From Candidatus Bathyarchaeota archaeon (GTDB lineage Archaea; Thermoproteota; Bathyarchaeia; Bathyarchaeales; SOJC01): 35,585 nucleotides of DNA. Location: assembly GCA_023131555.1 (NCBI GenBank), contig JAGLZJ010000001.1, positions 1-35,585 on the forward strand, in the 5' to 3' direction. Under the pieces are notes generated by a model, which worked only from the letters and a program-made list of their open reading frames with translations, was not told the origin of the DNA and ran no database searches. The position numbers were made by a program, and so were the translations under genes. Positions 8,844 through 16,862 of the stretch are shown piece after piece (the stretch's first letter is position 1; every line of letters begins with the position of its first letter).

Positions 8844-9887
8844 TCAAGCGTTACCACAGGAGAATCCGCCAAGGTAGGAGCGTGAAATACTGGAAATCTC
8901 TCCAAGGAAACTCCCAATCTGCTGCCCTTCAGGCGTCAGAGCGTACTTGAGGATGAAACTCCGCCTGAAGACTAACTTCTTGCCTCTTAAGGTTCGTAGG
9001 TGTTTGTAGATCCTGCGCAGGTTTATTCCAGCGCTCTTTGAGAGACCCGATGCTGAAATCCCATCTACCGGAATTGAATCGCAGATCCTCATCTGTGTAG
9101 GAGTAAGTATCTCCAATGAAAGCGATCTTTTAGTACGGAAGTAGAATACGCGATATGGAGGAGAACTCCTTTTGAGAATTCCGTGCTCCAAGAGACGCTT
9201 CAGAGTCCTCGCTAGGCTGTTAGATGGAATAATCGTTAATAGTTCATTTCTTGATGCGGGGTCATTTAGAAGATAGCGGATCACCTTCTCATCATATGAC
9301 ACGGAGCTGATCGGCAATCTTCCTTGAATAGAGAATTTTTTAACTGCATCGATTATCTTTCGCCCATACAGGGTGAGTTCGAAACGGTTCTCATCTTCTC
9401 TAACCAATCTTGTTATTAAGAGAGGTTTTAGGTACTGAGAGATCACTTCTCTGCTGTGATGGAATCCAATGGACTTTAGTTCCTTCTGCAGTTGGGTTAT
9501 AGTCATCGCCCGCTTTCGAAGGAATCGTAATGTCGCAAATCTCCTGCGGTTCTTCAGAGCATTCAGCAGGGTTTCCTCGTGGCCTTTTTTTCTGAGACCG
9601 CTGTGTATATCTCTGAGTTCCCGTTTCACCCTCCAAGTTCCACACTGCTCAACACAAATAAGCGGGGAGGCTGCGTTGCACGTTTTGCATCGTTCTTCCA
9701 TCGTGTGTAAGGTCTGCTGAAGACTGCACCCTTCATCAACCATTTTTCGCGAGAGCCATACGGATTCACCTATCAGCGGCGCGTTCTTCCCCATCTCAGG
9801 ATAATTTAGAGTCACAGGAGTTTGTTTATCGCTTGAAATCAATCTTTTACCAGAGAAAGGAGCGTTTTTCAAAAGCTGATACCCCAA
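8844..9887 (-). CDS. Putative transcriptional regulator: N-terminal Cys cluster followed by three winged-helix-like repeats
   Basis: A Cys cluster (EGC...CKTCNAASPLICVEQC) is followed by three segments with wHTH character: FATLRFLRKRAMTITQLQKELK...VISQYLKPLLITRLVRED; VIRYLLNDPASRNELLTII...LARTLKRLLEHGILKR; and MRICDSIPVDGISASGLSKSAGINLRRIYKHLRTLRGKKLV. The track start is TTG 9887; ATG at 9794 (MGKNAPL) is an alternative. Confidence 0.55.
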   Translation of the reverse strand: MGYQLLKNAPFSGKRLISSDKQTPVTLNYPEMGKNAPLIGESVWLSRKMVDEGCSLQQTLHTMEERCKTCNAASPLICVEQCGTWRVKRELRDIHSGLRKKGHEETLLNALKNRRRFATLRFLRKRAMTITQLQKELKSIGFHHSREVISQYLKPLLITRLVREDENRFELTLYGRKIIDAVKKFSIQGRLPISSVSYDEKVIRYLLNDPASRNELLTIIPSNSLARTLKRLLEHGILKRSSPPYRVFYFRTKRSLSLEILTPTQMRICDSIPVDGISASGLSKSAGINLRRIYKHLRTLRGKKLVFRRSFILKYALTPEGQQIGSFLGEISSISRSYLGGFSCGNA

Positions 9888-9895
9888 GCACCTCT

Positions 9896-9927
9896 ATGAC
9901 GCGCGTCATGTCTATGACGAGCGTCAT
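9896..9927. promoter_or_regulatory. Two tandem 14-bp palindromes (candidate operator) next to a TATA-like element
   Basis: ATGACGCGCGTCAT (9896-9909) is a perfect palindrome. ATGACGAGCGTCAT (9914-9927) has one mismatch. They are 18 bp apart centre to centre, and each is preceded by CT. ACTTATATG follows at 9928-9936, about 38 nt before ATG 9970. Confidence 0.55.
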
Positions 9928-9969
9928 ACTTATATGTTTTCCCTGCAAGAGTAGAAGTCGGTTGAGATC

Positions 9970-10362
9970 ATGAGACAGCCCTGCGAAGTCAGTACGAAAT
10001 CCATCGTGCCTGCAATTCGAGCGCTCCTCGCAGATGAACTCTTGACCACTCATGGTCTTAGGCAGAGGGAAGTTGCAGTACTACTTGGCATAACTCAGAC
10101 TGCTATAAGTAAATACACACATCATGTGAGAGGAGCAACTGTTTCAATAGGAACGGAAAGGGAAATTAGGGTGCAGATAGAGAAAACAGCAACCCTGCTG
10201 GCCAGTGGTAACATAGAAAAGAAGATGCTTGCCCTCAGAATCTGCAGACTGTGCAGACTGGCTCGAAGAAAAGGCATAATGTGCAAATTATGTAGACACG
10301 CAACAGAGGCATCAATCAACTACAGCACACCATGTGAGCTTTGCACAGAACCTCTTAAGTGA
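9970..10362 (+). CDS. HTH transcriptional regulator (COG2522-like archaeal family) with C-terminal Cys-rich tail
   Basis: PCEVSTKSIVPAIRALLADELLTTHGLRQREVAVLLGITQTAISKYTHHVRG matches the archaeal PCE...LPAIR..LA..L...G.SQ.EIA..LG.T.AAVSQY pattern. The tail is CRLCRLARRKGIMCKLCRH...CELC (three CxxC pairs). Confidence 0.65.
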   Translation: MRQPCEVSTKSIVPAIRALLADELLTTHGLRQREVAVLLGITQTAISKYTHHVRGATVSIGTEREIRVQIEKTATLLASGNIEKKMLALRICRLCRLARRKGIMCKLCRHATEASINYSTPCELCTEPLK

Positions 10363-10389
10363 CAGTAAGCCACTCGCGCAAACGGATCT

Positions 10390-11559
10390 TTAAAGGACAC
10401 TGAGTAAGATAGAGGCGAGTAGAAAGCTCATCACAACTGCTCCAAAGGCTATGAAGAAAGCCCGTGTCCAAGATACACCGTCTATCTTCATCAGGGCTAT
10501 GGTGCATAGGACCGTGGTCCATACTATGTTTGTTATAAAGTTCAGTATTGAGACAGGTAGACTCCAAACCTGTGTGATACTCAAGTATTCGTCGTACGTG
10601 TATCTGTAAGGTAAAAAGATCGGAGGAAGCAATAGAAAGAGAACTGAAAGCACGAGGAGGTATATGATGTACGGAGAGTAGATGTATCCGACGGTGTACA
10701 GCAAAGATCTCCACGAGCCTTTCCATCCTGAGAAAACCTGCATAGCTACAGAAGCGATTGTGGCTAAGATCAGCCACTTCAAAAGGAAGTCCAAGCTAGT
10801 TACCCAGAGGGTCTGCATTCTGATTTCCAGACTGCTGTGAGATAGGGCTGAACTGAATCTGCCGAAGAAAAGACCATCAACCTTCAACGTGAGATTAGCG
10901 GGGTGGCTCCAAGAAAGGCGGAACCCGACTCCCGTGATGCTGTCCCAACTCGGCGAATTTTCTGGCGCTATCCAGGCATCATTGCAGAGAACCAAGGCAT
11001 TCAAGCCTGTAAGGTTCAGCCAGATGTTACTCTCATTTAATAGGTAGGGTTCCAGATCCAGTTCATATCGATGGCTCTCTTCACTGTGAGAAAAGAGTTG
11101 CAGGACTGCAGCTGTCGGGTTTTCCCCAGTCTCATGGAGCCATTTTAAGTTGAAAGATAGTCGATTCTCCTCTTGTTTCGAGAAATTCAAGTGCTCGATT
11201 CCATTGAGATTCAGCCAGATGATTGAATCGTTCTCGGAAGAAGTGTACACGCTATAGTTTCCAGATATTTTGTCGCTTTCGTCGAAACCCACAACTCCAT
11301 TCGATAGCCACGCAGGCGATGTCTGATTCAAAAGGCTTTCAGTCCACAGATCGTAATCAGGCGTAGGCTGTTCCAAGAAGAGCCGCGAGCCATTCAAATG
11401 TTGCACCCCAAGGGTTATCGGAATTGCGACCAGGAAAATTAGCAGCGGTCCTTTCACGCTGGGGCTCTTTACAATCTCATTAAAAGTTTTTGCTGGAGAC
11501 CAAAGGACTGCGAATGTCCACTTAATGAACCGCCACCAAAGATGTTCCTTTGTCTCCAT
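10390..11559 (-). CDS. Yip1-like multi-pass membrane protein with a large extracytoplasmic insertion
   Basis: 389 aa. The N-terminus has WSPAKTFNEIVKSPSVKGPLLIFLVAI (a Yip1/DUF1282-like motif plus TM1). A roughly 200-aa hydrophilic segment carries about 8 N-x-S/T sequons. Four to five TM helices follow at the C-terminus. Confidence 0.5.
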   Translation of the reverse strand: METKEHLWWRFIKWTFAVLWSPAKTFNEIVKSPSVKGPLLIFLVAIPITLGVQHLNGSRLFLEQPTPDYDLWTESLLNQTSPAWLSNGVVGFDESDKISGNYSVYTSSENDSIIWLNLNGIEHLNFSKQEENRLSFNLKWLHETGENPTAAVLQLFSHSEESHRYELDLEPYLLNESNIWLNLTGLNALVLCNDAWIAPENSPSWDSITGVGFRLSWSHPANLTLKVDGLFFGRFSSALSHSSLEIRMQTLWVTSLDFLLKWLILATIASVAMQVFSGWKGSWRSLLYTVGYIYSPYIIYLLVLSVLFLLLPPIFLPYRYTYDEYLSITQVWSLPVSILNFITNIVWTTVLCTIALMKIDGVSWTRAFFIAFGAVVMSFLLASILLSVL

Positions 11560-11579
11560 TGTCAGAACTCCAATGAGGG

Positions 11580-13103
11580 TTATATTGAACTTAGACCTTC
11601 CTTAAGCCTTCTGTAGGTGCCGTAGTCCACGTATTGCAGGAACTCGTTCTCGGCTTGATGTGCAACCGTGAATCTCTGGCGATTCTGACTCTCTTTCAGC
11701 TGTTTCGTTGCAATGAATGAGTAAGCATCAGCGCCAGCTCCAGATCCATAACTCGCCAATAGGATTCTATCGTCAGGTTCTGCTACATCTAAAACTGCCG
11801 CTAAGCCAATTGGTGAACAGCCTGAGTATGTGTTTCCGAATTTCTTCACTAGAAGACCCGGCTCGAATTGCTCCTCCCGAAAACCTAGTGCTTTAGCCAC
11901 ACGCGTTGGAAATGCAGCGTTCGGTTGATGAGCAACAAAGTAGGTGATGTCTTGGGGCTTTAAGCTTAATTTTTCCATCAGTTTCTGAACGACCTTAGTT
12001 ACATGCTTAAAGTATGCAGGTTTTCCAGTAAATCTACCTCCGTGGCTAGGATAAGGCTGCAGATCTCTTCTCCAGAAGTCTGGAGTGTCTGAAGTAATAG
12101 AGATCCAGCCTTCAAATTGAGCGATCACATCATACATGCCGAAAATGAAGGCGCATGCGCCGTAACCGACGAAGAAGTCTAGTTCGCCACCTGGTTCACC
12201 TCGTGGGGCGGCCTGCGAATTGTCAGTCCCAATGACCATAGTATAGGATTTCTTCGATTCCGGGTAAAAGACCAGAGAGGCTGCATCCTTAAACATGCTT
12301 GTTGCTGCCTTGCATGCGAACTCTGTGTCTACTGCATCAACGCATTGAAGTCCTTCCTTGTGTTCTTCCTCTCCCAAGTTTAGCACTTGTGCAACTTTAG
12401 AGGCGATCGGTTTTACAGCATAAGGATTGGACTCTGATCCAACGTACACTTTACTTACCAGTCGATGATCAATCTCAGAGTTGATGAGTCCAAATTTTCC
12501 AGCTTCAACGGCCGCGGTAATGGCATCTTCATCGAAAAACGGGATAGATCGCTCGATTGCACCTTCTTTGATCCGAAACCTTGAGGTGTAAGCACCATAC
12601 CCCACAATTCCTGGGCGTTCATATTCCTTTGAGGGTTTAGCGATTTTTCGTTCGTGATAAGGGTAGTATTCGTCGGCGAAAGTGAAGGCAAGAGTGATCG
12701 TAGGTACTATTCCACTTGAGTCAACAGCGTGTCGCCTTCGGAACCGAGGGACAACATTTCTGCCTTCCAGATCTTCGAAATCGACGTCTTCATCATTGGC
12801 GATTATTTTATCAGTCAGTCGTCCAGGAAAACGCACTGAGCCATCGTGGAATGAGACCAAACCATAGATGTAGGGACCTAATCGCGTGAATTTATTCGTT
12901 GGTTTGTCCACCAGAGTGCATGTCTCAAGCGTTCCTTCCTCATAGAAGAAGTCAATGTTCTTCATTTTCCCAAAGCTTTCTCTTCCACACGCACCACAGT
13001 AGTCTTTGAGTTTGAAGTACTCCTTTCCGCAAAGCTCGCAACGACTACCGCGTAGCCTGTCACCTATGTGCGACACTCGGTGTTCTATCGGTTCACTGCT
13101 CAA
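11580..13103 (-). CDS. Fusion of a DUF35 (Zn-ribbon + OB-fold) domain to hydroxymethylglutaryl-CoA synthase
   Basis: The N-terminus has CELCGKEYFKLKDYCGACG (C-x2-C-x10-C-x2-C) followed by an OB-like segment GTLETCTLVD...YIYGLVSFHDGSVRFPGRL. The HMGCS body starts around aa 165 (GIVGYGAYTSRFRIK) with VGSESNPYAVKP (Glu), DTEFACKAATS (Cys), TSDTPDFWRR..HGGRFTGKPAYFKHV, VAHQPNAAF (His) and GNTYSGCSP. The TTG start lies 1 nt after the stop of the upstream gene. Confidence 0.85.
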   Translation of the reverse strand: MSSEPIEHRVSHIGDRLRGSRCELCGKEYFKLKDYCGACGRESFGKMKNIDFFYEEGTLETCTLVDKPTNKFTRLGPYIYGLVSFHDGSVRFPGRLTDKIIANDEDVDFEDLEGRNVVPRFRRRHAVDSSGIVPTITLAFTFADEYYPYHERKIAKPSKEYERPGIVGYGAYTSRFRIKEGAIERSIPFFDEDAITAAVEAGKFGLINSEIDHRLVSKVYVGSESNPYAVKPIASKVAQVLNLGEEEHKEGLQCVDAVDTEFACKAATSMFKDAASLVFYPESKKSYTMVIGTDNSQAAPRGEPGGELDFFVGYGACAFIFGMYDVIAQFEGWISITSDTPDFWRRDLQPYPSHGGRFTGKPAYFKHVTKVVQKLMEKLSLKPQDITYFVAHQPNAAFPTRVAKALGFREEQFEPGLLVKKFGNTYSGCSPIGLAAVLDVAEPDDRILLASYGSGAGADAYSFIATKQLKESQNRQRFTVAHQAENEFLQYVDYGTYRRLKEGLSSI

Positions 13104-13104
13104 T

Positions 13105-14301
13105 CTAATCCATTCCTAATAGGAAGACGTATGCTTTTGTGCCAAAGCCCTCCAACTCGTGAACGCACCCATTCTTGAGAGCGTCCGCCTTAATCTGGCG
13201 TTCACCAGCCTCACGCCTCAATTGCTTAAATACTTCAAAGACTTGAGCGCCTCCTGTAGCACCTAAAGGATTTCCATCTGCTTTGAGCCCGCCGTTAACA
13301 TTGATAAACAGCTTTTCACCATTGATCTCGTAGCAACCTTCACTACTGATGTAGTTTTCTTGAACGCTTTTCCATGCTTCTCCTTTCCCGTAAAAGCCGA
13401 GGTCTTCCAGCGTTACCAGTCCAACGAAAGTGGATTGATCATAAATTTGAAGAACTGAGATGTCATTCAATCCTACACTTGATGCTTCCAGAGCTCCTTT
13501 CATTGCAAGTCTTGAGGATAGAAACCCAGTGAGGTCCCTTCTTGATGGAAACGTGATATAATCAGTCGCGAGCGAATAACCTAGGATGCTTACTGGCTTT
13601 TGAGTATACGAGTTCGCGCTATCTGAATCAGACAGGATCAGAGCAGAAGCTCCGTCTGATACTGGTGCAAAATCGTATAGTCCGAGAGGGCGCCTCAGTT
13701 TCCTTCTTGATCCTAACACCATATCTACTGAAATCTTTCGTTGGAACTGAGCAAACTCATTCTTCAACGCGTTCTCATGGTTTCTAACAGATAACTCTGC
13801 TAGGGTAAGCATCAACAAGTTTCTCTCATTGTCATGGAGACGATGTGTCTTCATGTAGGATCGAAGCATGAGTTCATGGTTTGACTCTGGTGTGCCACCC
13901 GCATAATAGCTCCAAGGATCCTCTAGAAGCATCAGATCGTCTCGGATTTTATCCCATCGGTCAGTCATCTTTTCCATTCCTCCAACAAGCACAAGCGAAT
14001 ACTTACCAGCCTGAACTGCATTGCACGCGTTAGAAAGAGCTGAGCTGAAAGACCGAGTGATCTCCATGGGAATATTCAGTTCAAGGAGTTCAGACAGAAA
14101 GCCTTCTTCAAGCCCAATCTTGTTCGTGATAGGAAGGAAGTAGTCGGCAAAGAAGCATGCGTCCAAGTCTTCTCTTTCTACATCTACTGACCTGAGCGCA
14201 ACAAGTCCGGCCTCTTCAACGAGGTGCTCAGGATCCCTTTCATAGTGTTCACCAAACTTAGTTCTACCTACGCCAACAACAGCCGGTCCTTTTTCCGTCA
14301 T
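13105..14301 (-). CDS. Thiolase-fold protein (archaeal/SCP-x thiolase-like); canonical catalytic residues not recognisable
   Basis: 398 aa with clear thiolase-family blocks: VGVGRTKFGE, LVLVGGMEKMTD, APVSDGASALIL, LEDLGF and NVNGGLKADGNPLGATG. However, the expected A-C-A-S-G nucleophile site reads RSFSS (14041-14055). The H-D-C-F site reads YDQS (13432-13443). The G-H-x-x-G-A-T-G site reads GNPLGATG (Asn codon 13270-13272). Confidence 0.75.
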   Translation of the reverse strand: MTEKGPAVVGVGRTKFGEHYERDPEHLVEEAGLVALRSVDVEREDLDACFFADYFLPITNKIGLEEGFLSELLELNIPMEITRSFSSALSNACNAVQAGKYSLVLVGGMEKMTDRWDKIRDDLMLLEDPWSYYAGGTPESNHELMLRSYMKTHRLHDNERNLLMLTLAELSVRNHENALKNEFAQFQRKISVDMVLGSRRKLRRPLGLYDFAPVSDGASALILSDSDSANSYTQKPVSILGYSLATDYITFPSRRDLTGFLSSRLAMKGALEASSVGLNDISVLQIYDQSTFVGLVTLEDLGFYGKGEAWKSVQENYISSEGCYEINGEKLFINVNGGLKADGNPLGATGGAQVFEVFKQLRREAGERQIKADALKNGCVHELEGFGTKAYVFLLGMD

Positions 14302-14434
14302 ATCAAATACTTGCCTTCTTCTAGAGAATGTTTAGGCAGTTATCCAATCTCGTCTATTAAGCGTTTTTTCCTTCAAGACTGGTGCAATCTTAAACAGCCA
14401 CAAGCTCAAAATCGAATGAAAAGGGGGGTCTCCG

Positions 14435-14701
14435 ATGCGTCTGTTCCATGCGACTTCTGATGAAGAAATATGTAAAGGTGAAACAAACGATGTTCATTTC
14501 GTCTGGATCAAGGAGAAACTTCTGGCTAAAGGGTTAGAGCAAACTAAAGCTGTTTCCGAAGTAACTTCAGGTTATCTTCTTCAGAACTGGTCGGGGAGGA
14601 TTCTCTGTGGAGTCGAAGAGCTGGCAAACCTATTCAGAATGCACGCGCGTATATCAGTGGAACTCGCTGAATGCATCAGTTTTGTGTATTTTTGCTCATA
14701 G
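14435..14701 (+). CDS. Hypothetical protein (88 aa)
   Basis: ATG preceded by AAGGGGGGT 5-6 nt upstream. It lies in a 470-bp gap between divergent genes and has no recognisable motif. Confidence 0.3.
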   Translation: MRLFHATSDEEICKGETNDVHFVWIKEKLLAKGLEQTKAVSEVTSGYLLQNWSGRILCGVEELANLFRMHARISVELAECISFVYFCS

Positions 14702-14774
14702 ATCTTGGCGCGTGCCGAAGAGTCAAGGAAAGTATTGTAACCGAATACTTATTTACTCGTGAGGTTTATGAAGA

Positions 14775-16814
14775 ATGAAATCAAGTTTGAGAGGAGCCAC
14801 AGACATGCATAGATTTTTCAGGCAAAAAAGGGCGCTCTCAACTCTCCAAATGGTAATTCTACTCTTGATTGCGGGTATTACAGGTGCAATCCTTTCCTAT
14901 CTGTGGACTGAAGGATACTATGTTGATAAGGGATTCAACATTCCTGAAGACACAACAGCTGTCACAATCCTTAACGCTACTTTTCCTATTGAAAACAGCA
15001 CCTACTTCAATGTGACAGTTCTTAATCCTTCGTTCTCAGTTGGTGCTGCTAACGTGACAAGCATTGCATTGGTCACATCCGCTGGTGACTTCGAAACAAT
15101 CCACCTGATTCCAGGAAGCTCAGTAGAACCAACGCTTCCACGACTTATCTCAAGAGGCGTATCCCCAACATTCAAGTGTCATTTCAACTGGGATTCTTTC
15201 GCAGGACAAATCGTTCGAGTTGTCACTTTCTTAGCAGACGGGTCTGGGGCAACATTTCCCTATAGAACAGGAGAGGTCGAGTTGGAGATTCTTGAAGTAA
15301 AATTCAACACTTCAGTAAGCGCCGAACGGTTCAATATAACAATAGGGAACTCCGCGGGATCTCTTATTCCACTCAATGTTACAGAGATAATGTTTGACTC
15401 AACCATCATACCGACGGAGAACATAACAGTTAAAGACGGACCACCTTCACTCCCTAAAACGTTACAACCAAGTCATAATGAAACCTTCGTCTGCCTTTTA
15501 GATCTGCAGCAACTTGGTGCATTTGACTCCTTGCACAACATCACAGCTAAAACTGTGCAGGGATATTCAGCTCAATTAGCTATCCAGACCCCTCCACCGG
15601 TACAACTTAACATTTCCAATGCAATATTCGCGCATCCTGAAACGGGTAGCTTCAGACTAACAATAGTGAATCTGAATACATCCCCCCATTCTGCAAGCAT
15701 CAGCCATGCAACAGTAGAAAGCGAAAACCAGACGTTCAGAAACGTTGTATTGACTGCCGATTCAGGAGACCCAAAACTAGAGCCAGGAGAGAATCGAACG
15801 TTCACAGCTAATTGGAATTGGAGCAGTTTCGCAGGTGAAGAATTACAGATCACAGGCCATACAATTCAAGGATTTACGACTGGAGAATTCATGTACGAAG
15901 TTGATCCAGCCTTCGGACTACCGAAAGCAGTTTTCACATACTTACTACGTGCGTTTTCAGTGGCATTCAACGCTTCGGGAAGCTACGACACCTATGGTGA
16001 AATAATCAACTTCGCATGGGATTTTGGAGATGAACAACTCGGAACTGGCGAGGTTACGAGCCATATCTTCAACCAAAGTGGAGAGTTCACCGTAACATTG
16101 AACGTTACAGACAATGATGGACTGTCAGATGAAGCTTCACTCATCATAGATGTCTACAACAAGCCGCCTGTGGCATCCTTCACCGTGTCTAATGAAACAG
16201 TGTATACTTTGGAACCAGTTTTCTTCAATGCCTCTCAAAGCTTCGATCCAGATGGAGACGTAGTAGCCTTCCTTTGGGATTTCGACGACGGAGGTGTCGG
16301 AGAGGGAGCAGTGGCCAATCACACATATCTAGAAGATGGTATCTATGAAGCAGCTCTTACTGTTGAGGACGACCTAGGCGCTCGCGCCAACGCAACAATG
16401 ACAATAACTGTTCGAAACAGGTCACCCGTTGCTTCCTTCACAGAGTCTACATTGACACCATTGGTCAATGAGAATGTAACTTTTAATGCAACCCAGAGTT
16501 TCGATCTTGATGGAACCATCATTCAATACATATGGGATTTCGGTGATGGAACGAACAGTACGGAGGCCGTAGCGACACACATGTATTCCTCCAACGGGAC
16601 ATTCATCGTAACTCTGTTTGTCACAGACGACGATAACTCCACAGCATCAGCAAACAAGACTTTGACAGTCATCCTTCCTTTGTTGCAAACTAGGATACAG
16701 ATGCCCCAATCTGGGGAAAGGACGATTCGACAGGAAAAGTCGCTTGAAAACCTGTGTCCGATACCTCACTGGTTTTCGCCAGAGTCTGCCGAGGGAAGAA
16801 AATCAAAGGCTTAA
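14775..16814 (+). CDS. Secreted/surface glycoprotein: pilin-like (class III) signal peptide candidate, three roughly 105-aa N-terminal repeats and three PKD domains
   Basis: The N-terminus is ...RQKRALSTLQMVILLLIAGITGAILSYLW. Three PKD units are recognisable: FNASGSYD...WDFGD...TVTLNVTDNDG; FNASQSFDPDGD...WDFDDG...AALTVEDDLG; and FNATQSFDLDG...WDFGDG...VTLFVTDDDN. I count about 29 N-x-S/T sequons. An alternative start is ATG 14805, preceded by GAGGAG. Confidence 0.8.
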   Translation: MKSSLRGATDMHRFFRQKRALSTLQMVILLLIAGITGAILSYLWTEGYYVDKGFNIPEDTTAVTILNATFPIENSTYFNVTVLNPSFSVGAANVTSIALVTSAGDFETIHLIPGSSVEPTLPRLISRGVSPTFKCHFNWDSFAGQIVRVVTFLADGSGATFPYRTGEVELEILEVKFNTSVSAERFNITIGNSAGSLIPLNVTEIMFDSTIIPTENITVKDGPPSLPKTLQPSHNETFVCLLDLQQLGAFDSLHNITAKTVQGYSAQLAIQTPPPVQLNISNAIFAHPETGSFRLTIVNLNTSPHSASISHATVESENQTFRNVVLTADSGDPKLEPGENRTFTANWNWSSFAGEELQITGHTIQGFTTGEFMYEVDPAFGLPKAVFTYLLRAFSVAFNASGSYDTYGEIINFAWDFGDEQLGTGEVTSHIFNQSGEFTVTLNVTDNDGLSDEASLIIDVYNKPPVASFTVSNETVYTLEPVFFNASQSFDPDGDVVAFLWDFDDGGVGEGAVANHTYLEDGIYEAALTVEDDLGARANATMTITVRNRSPVASFTESTLTPLVNENVTFNATQSFDLDGTIIQYIWDFGDGTNSTEAVATHMYSSNGTFIVTLFVTDDDNSTASANKTLTVILPLLQTRIQMPQSGERTIRQEKSLENLCPIPHWFSPESAEGRKSKA

Positions 16815-16862
16815 TCTCTGATTAGCATATTCTTCTACTATCCAAATGGGAGACGACTTCGA

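Noticed and set aside
10355-10777. A 140-aa minus-strand ORF overlaps the 3-prime part of the Yip1-like gene in another frame.
   Set aside because: It is fully nested in the longer ORF, whose TM-helix periodicity is coherent. The nested ORF has a low-complexity composition and no start context.
15950-16680. Three PKD-domain repeats were considered as a possible recent tandem DNA duplication or assembly artefact.
   Set aside because: The repeats are conserved at the protein-motif level (FNA[ST].S.D..G....W.FGDG...T..V.D..G) but clearly diverged at the nucleotide level. This is an old domain repeat, not a DNA repeat element.
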